A stretch of DNA of 64,000 nt from Octopus sinensis (Eukaryota), in contig NC_043024.1 of assembly GCF_006345805.1 (NCBI RefSeq), positions 18,042,001 through 18,106,000 on the forward strand. Direction: 5' to 3'. The notes beneath the pieces are model-generated. The model saw only the letters and a program-made list of their open reading frames with translations, searched no databases and was not told the DNA's origin. The position numbers were made by a program, and so were the translations under genes. This document shows, piece by piece, positions 27,218 to 40,217 of the stretch. The stretch's first letter is position 1. Every line of letters starts with the position of its first letter.

Positions 27218-27509
27218 AGACAACATCCTGTCACTAACCCTAACTCTAACCCTAACCCTCACCCTAACCCTAACCCTAAATTTTAGCCTTTCGGGGTTTT
27301 TTTTCTTAATTGTTAAATTAATTTAATAGTTATGCGTGTGTCTAAAATTATTCGTTTTGTTTTTGTTTTGAGTTTTTGCTTTCGTTTTAGTCTTTCATTT
27401 TTTTTTTCTTAATTGTTATCCTTAAATTAATTTAACAACTAAGAAAAAAAACGAAAGGCTAAAATTTAGGATTAGGGTGAGGATTAGAGTTAGTGACAGG
27501 ATGTTGTCT
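27218..27509. mobile_element. MITE-like inverted-repeat element with telomere-like hexamers in its arms
   Basis: agacaacatcctgtcactaac...(ccctaa)n...aaattttagcctttcg on the left, reverse complement with (ttaggg)-like units on the right; about 110-bp arms; no TSD seen. Confidence 0.75.
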
Positions 27510-28408
27510 GTTTTAGAGGCAGCAAAGGATTTTAGCTAAATAGAGGGCATAGGATTGGTTAAAATTCGAAAAATTAAACTACGTTAAACAAACAAATTAC
27601 AATTTTCTCAAGAAAGCCAAGAGAAAAAAAATGTTTTATTTTGACACATTCTACCAGTATACGAAGTTTAAAAGTGTTTAGTTGACTAGAAATTGGGTTG
27701 AAAACTGCTGTTCAAAAGGAAAAGATCCCTTTAATCCTCTATTTCATTTGTATTCTGTGTAACTCTGGAAGTTGGACCTTTTTTTATATGTAAACATATA
27801 CATTTTTTGTTTACATATCTTGGATATCATGTATGAATATTGTAAAATTTTATATACTGATCTGTCTAACTTGCATTAATCCCTACATTAATTTCTAACT
27901 TTTAACTGATGCTGCAGCATGGTCACATGATTAAATGTCTTTTATCATTGCCACAGGTCAACCTAAGACTTGGGGCTGAAACCAAATAGATAGAAAGGGT
28001 GTGAGAACCCAACAGAAGCATATTGTGCATGTTATTCAATGGTCCACCCATGTCACACTTTCTATCATGCTGTATCTGGGGAGCACTCAGCCACTTGCAA
28101 ACAAATTCAATAAATACATGGTTCAACTGATCAAACAAATTAATGGACATCAAAACGAACAGACACCCAGGGACTTTAGACAGTTTTAGACTATTTCATA
28201 GCATAATCTTTAGGTCTAACTCTGTTCACAAGAACAACCATGTCCCTCTCTCCTTCCCTCTCTCTCTTTCTCCATCTCCCTCTGTTACTTCCTGTCAAGG
28301 TCTGGTGGAGCCAGGTGATTCCTCAAACTGTCAACAATGAAATATGTGTATGATACACTCTGTATTAATCTTGAAGTTGATCAAATTATGTGTCAGTGGA
28401 CATGCACA

Positions 28409-28452
<44 letters not shown>

Positions 28453-28728
28453 TATATATATATATATTTATATATATTCTCTTTTACTCTTTTACCCTTT
28501 TGATTCAGTCATTTGGCTGCGGCAATTCTGGAGCACCGCCTTAATGAGATTTAGTCTTAGAAATCAACTCCAAGACTTATTCCATGTAAGCCTGGTTCTT
28601 ATTCTATTGGTCTCTTTTGCCAATCCGCTAAGTTACAAGGGACATAAACACACCAGCATAAGTTGTCATGCGATGGCAGGGGGACAAACACAGACACACA
28701 CAGAGACACACACATATATATGTGTGTA

Positions 28729-28853
28729 ACTTATGGCCACACGGCCATATCACATTGGAGACATCAGTTCTCATCCGATCACCGAACTTAAGCAGCATCG
28801 AGCCTAGTTAGTACTTGGGTGACCACTTGGGAAACCTAGGTTCTGTAAGCATT
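28729..28853 (+). pseudogene. 5S rRNA pseudogene
   Basis: acggccatatcac...gttctcatccgatcaccgaacttaagcagcatcgagcctagttagtacttgggtgaccacttgggaaacctaggttctgtaagc follows the metazoan 5S consensus. It has an ~8-nt duplicated 5' end, a ~5-nt deletion at box C and a downstream T-run. Confidence 0.9.
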
Positions 28854-28995
28854 TCTTTTAAAGGCAGTGCTCCAGCATGGCTAGACAAATGACTGAAACA
28901 ATTAAAAGAATAAAAGAATATATATATATATATAAACAAAGACGATGCTGATGATGATATATATATATATGTATATATGTATATATATGTATGTA

Positions 28996-29696
28996 TCTTT
29001 ATATATATAAAACTGAGAATGTGTGTCTGTCTGTCTGTCTGTCTGTGCGTTTCCCTAAAACTTGAGAACTACACAACCAATTAGCATGCAGAAATAAAAT
29101 TAGCATGCAGAAATGGAATAGTCCAGATGGATAATAAAAAATTAAATTAAAGAAAAGACTATTGTCTATAAAGTATACAATGTAGAGAAAAAAGAAGATT
29201 TGAACACATGGAGAAAAGCACCTTTGAAAAGTCTTTTGGTGCGACTATGAAAGGTATCTAATCAGAGGCGGTAAATTCACCACAATAGAAGCAAGGTTCG
29301 AGTCAACAGAGCGTGCAAGGGAGTACTCAACTCGAACTTGCAAAGTGGAAATATTTTATTTTTACCTTTATATCTGGGATGTAGGACGTCCCGGTAAAGA
29401 ATTTAAAATGCCCCCACCCCCCTAGAAGTAGAGGTAGGCTGGATTGTAGCCACACTTCTATACAAGAGGGAGGACAAGATACAATTGATCGAAATTACAA
29501 GAGACGGGCTAACAATTCCAGTCTGTTATATATTTTGAGTATTGTTATCACTAGCGATATCAAGATATAACTTTGTATTTTGCATTTTATGTGTAGATGT
29601 ATATATATATAGATGTACAAGTAATATGTACACATATATATACACGTATATACATGCACTAGCACTATGACCGGCAACGACGGGTCTTTAATGCTA

Positions 29697-29697
<1 letters not shown>
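28996..29697 (+). mobile_element. Non-autonomous Helitron
   Basis: A|TCtttatatatataaaactgag start, (CTGT)n, 3' gacc..ggtc hairpin at 29669-29686, then CTAG|T. Confidence 0.7.
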
Positions 29698-29737
<40 letters not shown>

Positions 29738-29749
29738 TATATATATATA

Positions 29750-30813
29750 CATAGAGTATGATTTATTTGTGATCAGAGGTGTTCGAAAACTGATGTACAA
29801 CTGTATTTAAACAAATTAAAAACAATGATCCTTATATATTTTTCCTTTATTGAAGGAAATTTGGCTTACAACTGTTTCCAATTGTCATTATAGGTACATT
29901 ACAGATAGGTTTATTCAATAGGTTTTTTGATCAATTGAGTAAATATAGAATTGTAATGAACCATAACCTTGGACCCTACCATATGAATACCTAGAGTTCT
30001 TCTCTCATTTAGTTAATGATGTTAAAGAGCTGACGAGGTATTTTGCCTGGATTAATAATCCCTCACTATTAGCTACACACATATATATATATATATATAT
30101 ACATACATACATACATATACATATATATGTATATATGTATGTATATGTATATATATATGTATGTATAGGTATGTGTGTGTATATATATATGTATATATAT
30201 ATATGTATGTATATGTATGTATGTATATGTATATATATATATATGTATGTATATGTATGTGTGTATATATATATATATATATTATATATATATAAATATA
30301 TATATATATACATAGAGTATGATTTATTTGTGATCAGAGGTGTTCGAAAACTGATGTACAACTGTATTTAAACAAATTAAAAACAATGATCCTTATATAT
30401 TTTTCCTTTATTGAAGGAAATTTGGCTTACAACTGTTTCCAATTGTCATTATAGGTACATTACAGATAGGTTTATTCAATAGGTTTTTTGATCAATTGAG
30501 TAAATATAGAATTGTAATGAACCATAACCTTGGACCCTACCATATGAATACCTAGAGTTCTTCTCTCATTTAGTTAATGATGTTAAAGAGCTGACGAGGT
30601 ATTTTGCCTGGATTAATAATCCCTCACTATTAGCTACACACATATATATATATATATATACATACATACATACATACATATACATATATATGTATATATG
30701 TATGTATATGTATATATATATGTATGTATAGGTATGTGTGTGTATATATATATGTATATATATATATGTATGTATATGTATGTGTATGTATATATATATA
30801 TATGTATGTATAT

Positions 30814-30864
<51 letters not shown>
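29750..30864. repeat. 561-bp direct tandem duplication
   Basis: 29750-30080 appears identical to 30311-30641; each copy is followed by a similar compound TA/TATG tract. Confidence 0.9.
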
Positions 30865-30870
<6 letters not shown>

Positions 30871-31110
30871 AGTCGCTTGCCATACACCAGTTCACCTATT
30901 GCAGTTCACCTAACGTGGTTCACCTATCGAGGTTTATTATTTAAGCTTACGTCAATTCTTCCATTGTGTTGTTTTGCATTTATAATATAATAAATATATA
31001 CAAATTATAAAAATAATTTTGAAAAATATACAGTACAGTACTGTTTCTACTTCGCAGATTTTCACCTATCACAGGAACATAACACCCACGGTAGTCGAGG
31101 GACTACTGTA
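30865..31110 (-). mobile_element. Tigger/pogo-like MITE, short copy
   Basis: Minus strand begins TAcagtagtccctcgactaccgtggg and ends gtatggcaagcgactattgTA; about 3 copies of the 14-mer. Confidence 0.75.
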
Positions 31111-31237
31111 TGTATGTATGTATGTATGTATATGTATGTATGTATATGTATGTGTGTGTATGTATATATATATACATACACACATACATACATACATACA
31201 TACACACATACACACATACATACATACATACATACAT

Positions 31238-34200
31238 GATGGCCGTCCACTCATGACCAAGTAAGACCATTGCCGACCTTCAGGAAGATTGTGCGCTCTA
31301 GGACTAACTTATATTTTGCATTTGCGGCTCCGTTGGTGGCTAATGAGCCCTGCTCTTGACAAACATTGCAGACCAAGCTTTCCCCATTCATTATATGAGC
31401 TGTGCGCTTTCGCGTAGCTCGCTTGAGTTCTTCATGCTGGATACATGCTCTCTCAAAAGTGTTGATCCCCTCCTTAACCCGCTTCCTCCATCTGTGGCGA
31501 TGACAGGCATTGTTCTCCCAGTCAGTGTCCTGCATATCACAAGCCTTTAACGAGGACTTGACACAGTCCTTAAATCGCAGCCTTGGTTTCTGCCAGAGTC
31601 TCCTACCATTCTCAAGTTCTCCATAGAGCATTTGCTATCCTTCCTTCTAATAAGGTGTCCAGTCCAATGTAACTGGTGCTTGTGCACCATCGCCTCAATA
31701 CTCAAGATATCAGCTGTCCTCAGGAATTTTTGTGTGTGTCTGGAATTTTTGAGGTCCAGCCAACATTGAGAATGTGTCTAAGACATCTCTGATGAAAACG
31801 TTCAAGGACCCTGACGTGACGTTTGTACAGAGTCCATGTCTCACATGAGTAGAGGAGCGATGACAGTACACATGCACAGTACACAGCAACTTTTGTTTGC
31901 CTTGCGATGCCATGTTGGGACCAGACATGAGACTGAAGAGACCGGAAGGAATTAGTTGCTCTCTGCAACCTGAAAGATATTTCCTCATCCAGGGAGCAAG
32001 AACGGCTGAGTGTGCTGCCCAGGTAGACAAACTTGTCTACTACCTTCAGAATTGTTCCTTCAACCAAGGTAGCTGGTTCTATATATGGATTTTCTGGTGC
32101 AGGCTGGAACATTACAACAGTCTTGTCCAGGTTAATGCTGAGTCCAAATGCTCTGCAAGAAGCAGAAATGCAGTTCATGAGTATTTGCATGTCATCCACT
32201 GTATGAGTGACTAAGTCACAGTCATCTGCATAAAGGAGGTCACGAATAATAGACTGGGAAACCTTTGAATTGGCAGAAAATTGGCAAAGATTAAAGAGGC
32301 AGCCAGAAGATATATATGACATATATTCCCAGAGAACTAACCTTAGCAAAAGCATGAGTAAAAGCAGCTGCAAAGTACAAAGAAAAGAGAGTTGGGGCAA
32401 GGATGTCACCCTGCTTGACACCATTCTCTACAGGAATGGGTCCCGCCATGGCACCACACACTTTGACCCAAGCCTCCATCCCATCATGAAATGATTTAAT
32501 TATAGATACAAAGTGATCCGGACATCCAAGTTTGCCAAGTATTTTCCATAGAAAGGCACTATTTACAGTATCAAAGGCCTTTGTTAAATCAATGAATACC
32601 TGGACAAGATCCATATTCTGCTCATAGCAATTCTCCTGCATCTGTCTTGCTGTGAAAATCATATACATTGTCCCTCTACCAGATTGGAAGCCAAATTGAG
32701 ATTCAGATAGGACATCATTTACGAGACACCCATTCAGACGGGTAAGAAGAATATTTGCCAGAACATTACCAGCATCTGATAGTAGAGCAATACCTCTGTA
32801 GTTACCACACATAGTTCTGGCTCCTTTTCCTTTATATAGAGGAAGAATAATTGCATCCTTCCAGTCCTTAGGGATTGCACCATCCCTCCAGACTGCACTA
32901 ATAAGTTCATGAAGGGACTGTATGATGTAATTACCACCAAATCGCAAGACCTCAGCACAGATTCCATCCTTTTCAGGTGCCCTACCAAGATTCAGTTTTA
33001 CTTATTGATGTCATTACTTCATCTATTGAGGGCGGGGAGTCTAAGGAGCCAATGATAGGTCTTTGTTGCATAGTATCAATCACTGTTTCCTCCACAACTG
33101 ACTCATGGTTTAAGAGTTCAGAGAAGTGTTCGATCCAACGACCTGAGATTTCTGTTGATTTAGTAAACAGAGTGGAAAGCAAAGGAGCTCGCTTCATAAG
33201 ATGGTAAACCTTCTTGCTGTCGTTTGCATCAGCCGCAGCCTGAACATCACGAGCAAGATCCTCCCACCAAGTGTTCTGCATCTTCCTGGGAGATCGCTGC
33301 AGTAGTGATTTTACACTGTTATAGTGGGCAAGTGCTAGACTTCGCTGCACAGTAGACAGTTCTCTGTGCAGCAACACACTGTGGGCATGGCGCTTTACCA
33401 CTAATAGTCGCTGAATTTCAGCATCATTCTCATCAAACCAGTCTCTGTGTCTGGCAGTAACATGCCCCAGTGTTTCGGCTGCACATTGAACAACCTGGTC
33501 TCAAAAGTCTTCCCATGCTGCAGCAGTTTTAATGCTGGACAAGCGAGTCTGAAGCTCTTTCCTAACCACAACATCATATACTTTGTGGACATTTAGACGG
33601 CAAGGAATGCTGACTGGTCCTCTTCTCTCTTTTGCCCTAATCACCATTCGGAACTTTGCTCGCACCAGACTGTAGTCTGTCCAGCATTCTGATCCATGCA
33701 AGGACTTGACATTGCAGATGTCATAAATGTCGCGCTTGCGGATGATGACATAATCCAGCAAGTGCCAAACTTTGGACCTTGGATGCATCCATGTTGTTGT
33801 GTGATCACCTTTGTGCACAAAATGAGTGCTTGCAATGTAAAGTCCATGTTCTTCGCAAAGCCCCAGTAGCATGAGACCATTGCTATTCATTTTCCCTACT
33901 CCAAAACCTCCTAGAGAATTCCATGTTTGCCAGTCTGTTCCAACCCTGGCATTAAAATCCCCCAGTAGAATGACTTTATCAGAATTGGGGATTTTTCTAA
34001 GTATGGCTCTCAGCTGGGTATAAAAGATTGTTTTATCTTCATCACAGCTAGTCAAAGTAGGTGCATAGGTACTTATTAGAGTAGCAAACCGCTTACCTTT
34101 CAAGTGCAACCGTAGCATCATTATATATTCATTTATAGGAATAGGGAGCTCTTCCAACTTCCTAAGGATATCTGATCGGACTGCAAAACCAACACCAGCC

Positions 34201-35406
34201 TCTCTGTGCTCCTCCTTCTGCCTTCCTTTCCAAAAAAAAGGTGTATCCACCTCCTACTTCTTCAAGCTGACCATCACCTTCTATACGAGTCTCTGAGAGT
34301 GCAGCTATATCAATTTTATAATGGTTCAGCTCACGAGCAAGAAGTGCAGTGCATCTTTTAGGCCTGCAATCACTCTTGTTGTCCAACAGAGTACGCACAT
34401 TCCAACATGAAATGTTTAAGTTCCGTCCAGATTTTATAGATAAAAGACTCTTTGTTTTTTGAGCGCAGGGTGGACATCCTTCAGTCGTGCTAAACTGACC
34501 AGATATGGAAAGACAGGCAATTTTTGGTTCACCTTTTCTAGAACCTCCCCGGCCTTCGGGTGAGCAGTTCCTTCTCCAAATGGAACTGCTCAGACATCTA
34601 TGCAGCAACCGAATCCTACCGCGACAAGGAGACGACTTTATATCCAGCATGGGCCGCCTACATGCAGGTCGCTGACTACATGCTTCCAACCCGTCAGGTC
34701 TGCATGTTTCACCACCTTCCCATCGCCACAGGACTTCCAAATAAAAAAAATTAAAATATATACTAAAAATGAAGAAAATATATACTAAAAATAAGATAAA
34801 TATTTACTTAAAAAAAAATGCACATATCGAGCAGAGGTCGGCAATGCCTGTGCAGAGTTTTAGGTCCAATAAGGCTTGCACAACACCTCATAGACCCTCT
34901 CCACTTTATTGACATTATCCAGAGACAAGCCGGAGCAAGATGTCTGGTGCCAATATGAGTCGCAGGCTCAGGGATGTGGGAGCGCTTTGATCTCTAGCAC
35001 AAACCAAAGATCCCCAAAATGTCCAATGCCATTCCCTGCATATCTGGTTTTATATCGGAGTGACCTTCTCCTAGAGACATGCTTTAACAAAAGCTGAGGG
35101 GTGCCTCACTCCCAGTGGTCTTTCAGCAGGCCGGACACCATCCCAGAATTTCTGCATACCTGTGCTAACATTTATTGGATGGCCATTGACTCTCAAGAGT
35201 CCTCCTCCCTCTGACGGGTTTTGTTTTTCATCCCGCAGGGTGTCCAATAAACACCCTCCTCACCAAGCAAGCTTGGTGGGGTTGCCGGTTTAGTCGCCGA
35301 CGACCTGACCATGCAACAGGTTGTACTGGGTTACATGTTACCAGTAGCACTCGAAAGTAACCTGACCACTCGAAAGTGACCTGACCACTCAAAAGTGACC
35401 TGACCA
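31238..35406 (-). mobile_element. Full-length RTE/BovB-type LINE
   Basis: APE plus RT ORF, short 3' UTR running into (TATG)n, about 1 kb GC-richer upstream region ending in three 19-bp repeats (35349-35405); (CATA)n on both flanks. Whether 34800-35406 belongs to the same copy is inferred. Confidence 0.85.
31309..34650 (-). pseudogene. RTE ORF (AP endonuclease plus reverse transcriptase), multiply frameshifted
   Basis: ISCWNVRTL, IAALSETR, ILLGDFNARVG, HLLDYVIIR, NYRGIALLS, FIDLTKAFDTV, GVKQGDILAPTLF, LLYADD (about 32221-32240), FVYLGS, MLYGEL, terminal SRAGLISHQRS. Confidence 0.95.
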
Positions 35407-36236
35407 CATACATACATACATACATATATATATATGTACATGTGCACAGATACACACACGTTTGTGTGTTTGTATGGAAACCCCAAAACAGTTATACTCT
35501 GTGCAGAAACATTGGCAAATATATAGAAACAAGAGGAGAAGGATTGTCATCTACATCATCATCACCAAACAATAATGGCATGATGAATAATAGAGACCTA
35601 GAAGAGGAGAAACAAAGAAACTGAATCCAGGGTCAGCCAACCAACTGTCCAAATGACTGACTGACCAACCAGTCACCCACTTGCTAATGGTCACTTGGCT
35701 CAAGTTAGCATTCCCACTTGAAATTTCTTATTAATTTTATGTTAATTACACACCTGAAACTAATCAAAACCACAGAATTTGATTTGCCCAAATACTTGTC
35801 AAAACTTTTTAATGAGCATGGCTGTGTGGTCAAGGAGTTCATTTTGTAACACTGTGGTTTCAGTTTCAATCCCATAGTGAGGCATGTAAATTTGTACAGA
35901 AGCTCATCATCATTGGCAGCAGCAGCAGCACCATCATTCAGTCTCCATCTTCCATGCTAGCATGGGTTGGATGGTTTGACAGGAGCTGGTCAGCCAGAGG
36001 ATTGTGCCAAGCTCCACTGTCTGTTTTGACATAGATTTTGTGGGTGGATGCCCTTCCTAATGCCAACCACATTACAGAATGGACTGGGTGCTTTTTATGT
36101 GGCACCAGCCCCAGTGAGGTCACCAAGTAACTTGCAAACCAAAGATCCCTCAATAGGAGGAGGGTATTGAGGGAGGTGACTTTGGACCAGGTGATGAGGG
36201 TTTAGAGTATGACAGAGGGACAGAAACAGGTATACA

Positions 36237-36610
36237 GGCACAGGAGTGAATATGTGGTAAGTAGCTTGCTTACCAACCACATGGTTCCAGGTTCAGTCCC
36301 ACTGTGTGACACTTTAGGCAAGTGTCTTCTACTATAGCCTTGGGCCAACCAAAGCCTTGTGAGTGGATTTGGTAGACGGAAACTGAAAGAAGCCTGTTCT
36401 ATATATATATATGTGTGTGTGTGTATGTTTGTGTGTCTTGTTTGTCCCTCTACCATTTCTTGACAGCTGATGCTGGTGTGTTTACGTCCCCGTAAAGGAC
36501 CAATAGAATAAGTACTAGGCTCACAAAGAATAAGTCCAGGGGTCGATTCGTTCAACTAAAGTCGGTGCTCCAGCATGGTTGCAGTCAAATGACTGAAACA
36601 CATAAAAGAT
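36237..36610 (+). mobile_element. SINE family A upstream of the Syt7 exon
   Basis: Near full-length match to 61914-62322. Confidence 0.85.
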
Positions 36611-37015
36611 ATAAAGAGAGAGACCAAGAGTAAGAGAATGGGAGAGAGATGGTAATGCTGTACCAGGCAATACAGTCAAGGTCCAAAGATGTGAAGATAA
36701 ATAGAATGAGAGAGGATTGCTCAGGTTGCATATGTAGGGAGTTCATGAAAAGGCAAAAGGGGGGCAGAGGAGAGGCAAAAGGGGAATGCAGTGAGTGGTG
36801 AAACAAGGGTATGTGGAAGGGTTCAACCCAAGACCACACGGTTGCAAAACAGGTTTCTTACCCACACGACTACACCTGTGTCTCTATCTAAATTGATTGC
36901 AATTTTCTAATTTATATTATGCTACATATATTTATCTGAGATATATACTTCTGTATATATCATAGTTGTACATTTCTCTTATATATGTGTGTGTATGTGT
37001 GTGTGTGTGTGTGTG

Positions 37016-37313
37016 GAGTTGCAATGACCCAGTGGTTAGGGCAGCGAACTCACTGTTGTAGGATTGCAGTTTCGATTCCCAGACTGGGCATTGTGAGTGT
37101 TTATTGAGTGAAAACACCTAAGGCTCCATGAGGCTCCAGCAGGGGGCATTGGTGATCCCTGCTGTACTCTTTCACTGCAACTTTCTCTCACTCTTTCTTC
37201 TGTTGGCCTGCTCGCTTAGCCAGCAGGGTGGCATCATTTGAAGGCTAAAACAATGTGAAGCGCATTGTGACCAGCGATGTGTAGCAACATCTGATAGCCT
37301 GGTCGGTCACGTG
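37016..37313 (+). mobile_element. tRNA-derived SINE family E
   Basis: Head gcaatgacccagtggttagggcagcgaactc...gtttcgattcccag; second copy at 48792-49095. Confidence 0.7.
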
Positions 37314-37429
37314 AGATATATATATATATATATATATATATTTCTTCTTTATATTATTAATATACATATGGTTATATATATAAAGATATTTTTTATTATA
37401 TCAAATATATATATTTATGCATTGATCTT

Positions 37430-37690
37430 TCCATTTTTTATGCTTTCGCTCTTCTCTTTCTCACTCTCTCTCTCTTTCTTTCTCTCTCTTTCTCAGTCTC
37501 TAATACACACACTCACATACATACTCTATCCTTTACTTTCCTCATCTCCTTGCCTGTCCTTCTCTCACCTTTTCCTCTCTCTCTCTCTTTCTTCCTCAAC
37601 ATAGTCAGCAGTCACACACTCACACACACACCCTTTCTTTCTCTGCATCTCTTCACACTCTCCTTATATTTCCCATTTCTCTTTTTACAG
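37430..37690 (+). promoter_or_regulatory. Extended polypyrimidine tract and 3' splice acceptor
   Basis: About 260 bp CT-rich tract ending tttctctttttacAG directly before the Syt7 exon. Confidence 0.8.
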
Positions 37691-38060
37691 AATGAAGGCC
37701 TTCCCCCGACTCGGCCACCAGCACAAAATCAAACAGAAGAAGATGGGAGCATGTGGAAAGGAGTCCGAAGTTTGGCAACGAAGCTGATCGATGCCACCAA
37801 TGATGAGGAACCACTGCCTGAAGTGGAAGGCCTCGATTACAAACTCGGCAAAATACAGTATGCCATTGGCTATGATTTCCGGACACTAACTTTGACCGTA
37901 ACTATTTTCCGTGCTTGTCAATTACCTGCCAAGGACTTCACCGGAACTAGCGACCCTTATGTTAAAGTGTTGCTCTTACCAGACAAAAAACACAAGTTGC
38001 TCACAAAAGTACGAAAGCGTAATTTGAACCCACACTGGAATGAGCGTTTTGTCTTTGAAG
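37691..38060 (+). CDS. SYT7: Internal exon of synaptotagmin-7 orthologue (linker plus C2A, phase 0 to phase 1)
   Basis: AG|NEGLPP...KLGKIQYAIGYDFRTLTLTVTIFRACQLPAKDFTGTSDPYVKVLLLPDKKHKLLTKVRKRNLNPHWNERFVFE-G|GTCAGT. PAKDFxGTSDP, PDKKHKL and NLNPHWNE...FEG match Syt7 C2A as recalled; the two loop-1 aspartates are present. Confidence 0.92.
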
Positions 38061-38251
38061 GTCAGTGGATTTGGTTTCTTTCTCCCTTTTTTCCTTTCTT
38101 TGTCTTTTATTTTTGCTTTGCAATACTTGTAACATGTATAAGTAGACCCTCACATATACACACACACACACACACATACACACATACATATACACACACA
38201 GAAACATTAATTATAATTATATATCTATTTCTGTACATTCCAGTATATATG

Positions 38252-38297
<46 letters not shown>

Positions 38298-38301
38298 CAT
38301 A

Positions 38302-38640
38302 GGCGTAGAAGTAGCTGTGTGGTAAGTAGTTTGCTTACAAACCACATGGTTCAGGGTTCAGTCCCACTCCATGGCACCTTGGGCAAATGTCTTCTACTAT
38401 AGCCTTGTGTCAACCAAAGCCTTGTGAGTGGATTTAGTAGACGGAAACTAAAAGAAGCCTGTCGTATATATGTGTGTATTTGCACCCCAACATCGCTTGA
38501 CAACCGATACAGGTGTGTTTACGTCATCCGTTACTTAGCGGTTCAGCAAAAAGAGACCAATAGAATAAGTCCAAGACTTGCATAGAATAAGTCCAGCATG
38601 GCCACAGTCAAAACGACTGAAACAAATACATGAATAGAAG
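38302..38640 (+). mobile_element. SINE family A downstream of the Syt7 exon
   Basis: ggcgtagaagtagctgtgtggtaagtag head and family tail. Confidence 0.85.
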
Positions 38641-39113
38641 AACATATATCTACATATATCTACATATATCTACATATATAAGAACATATATCTACATCTA
38701 TATATATAAATTTAAAGGAAACAGAAAGTGGAGATAACATTGATGAACAACAATTAATTTGCATCAATTATTATTTATTAATTATCAAAAAATAAGAAAT
38801 GAAAATAATAAATTGTTCATGAATGTTATCTCCATTTTCTGTTTACTTTAAATTTTGATTCCTGATAAACTCCTGTTTATCTTTGTTTTTACCTATAATC
38901 TATGGCAGTAATATTTTTGCCCATGTTTAAATATAAGTAATATACCAGTAGTATTTTGGAAAATGTTATCCCTTAGATGGTTATTTTAACCTCTAACTCA
39001 ACTAACCTTAAGTATATATCTGTGTATGTGTGTGTGTATATATATATATACACAAACACACACACACACCTACATATATATACATATATTTTTTTTTTGA
39101 GAGGAGAGGGGAC

Positions 39114-39144
<31 letters not shown>

Positions 39145-39254
39145 AACATACATATATACATATATATATATACATATATACATATATATGTATATACATA
39201 TATACATATATATACATACATATATACATACATATATATATATATATGTAAGTA

Positions 39255-39290
<36 letters not shown>

Positions 39291-39711
39291 GTATATATAA
39301 AACATATATACATACATGTATCTATATATTGTCTCGTAATTCTTCCAATGAGTAACTCTGGGATTGTTTCTCTGGATTATGAATGTTATCAGTAGTGTAC
39401 ATTTGAAACAGTTATAAAAAATATGAAGACTTGCACATCAAATTTTTTTCTTTTTATATTGATGATGTACCTGTCTCTATATTTTTTATAATTGTTTGAA
39501 ATAGACATGTGGTGTGTGTGTGTATGTAGTGTTTGAAGTGATGTACAGACATTGTATATGATGAAAATGGAGGTAATCAGAATTTTGGCTAATTGTCTAT
39601 TAGTGCTTTCATCCAATCAATAGGACTCTTGAGTTATCTGAAGAGTCTTACTGAATGAATGAAAACACTAGTAAACAATTATCCAAAATTCTGACTGCCT
39701 CCTATTCCACA

Positions 39712-39774
<63 letters not shown>

Positions 39775-39894
39775 GAAACAGTTTGTAGACATTATATATA
39801 TGAACATGTGTGTGTGTCATACATTTATACTTATGTACATATTTGTATACACAAATAAAACGCATACATACATATGCATACACATATATTTATT

Positions 39895-39955
<61 letters not shown>

Positions 39956-40217
39956 TGAATAGCTTTTCTTATTGGCTATGATATATATATATATAGTTGT
40001 AATTTAACCTTTTGATTAAGATAAAATTCCCAAATTAATTTTTAATCAACGTTTCCAAACTATCTCTGACCCATTTTCAGGATAAGGAGTGGTATTGACA
40101 TTGGTAATACTCCCCAGCACCTTTCTATAGAGTTGGTGTTAGACCTGACAGCCAGTATTTGACATTTGTATGTGTGTGTATACATATATAATACATACAT
40201 ATATATACATATACATA

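Noticed and set aside
27235-27278. True telomere or chromosome fusion site
   Set aside because: Only about 7 degenerate hexamers, inside an inverted-repeat element and oriented CCCTAA...TTAGGG rather than as a TTAGGG/CCCTAA fusion.
28729-28853. Functional 5S rRNA gene
   Set aside because: Single dispersed copy with a box C deletion, a duplicated 5' end and several helix-breaking substitutions.
31356-34788. Plus-strand ORFs overlapping the RTE (and 46912-47199, 55507-55704)
   Set aside because: Antisense shadows of transposon coding sequence.
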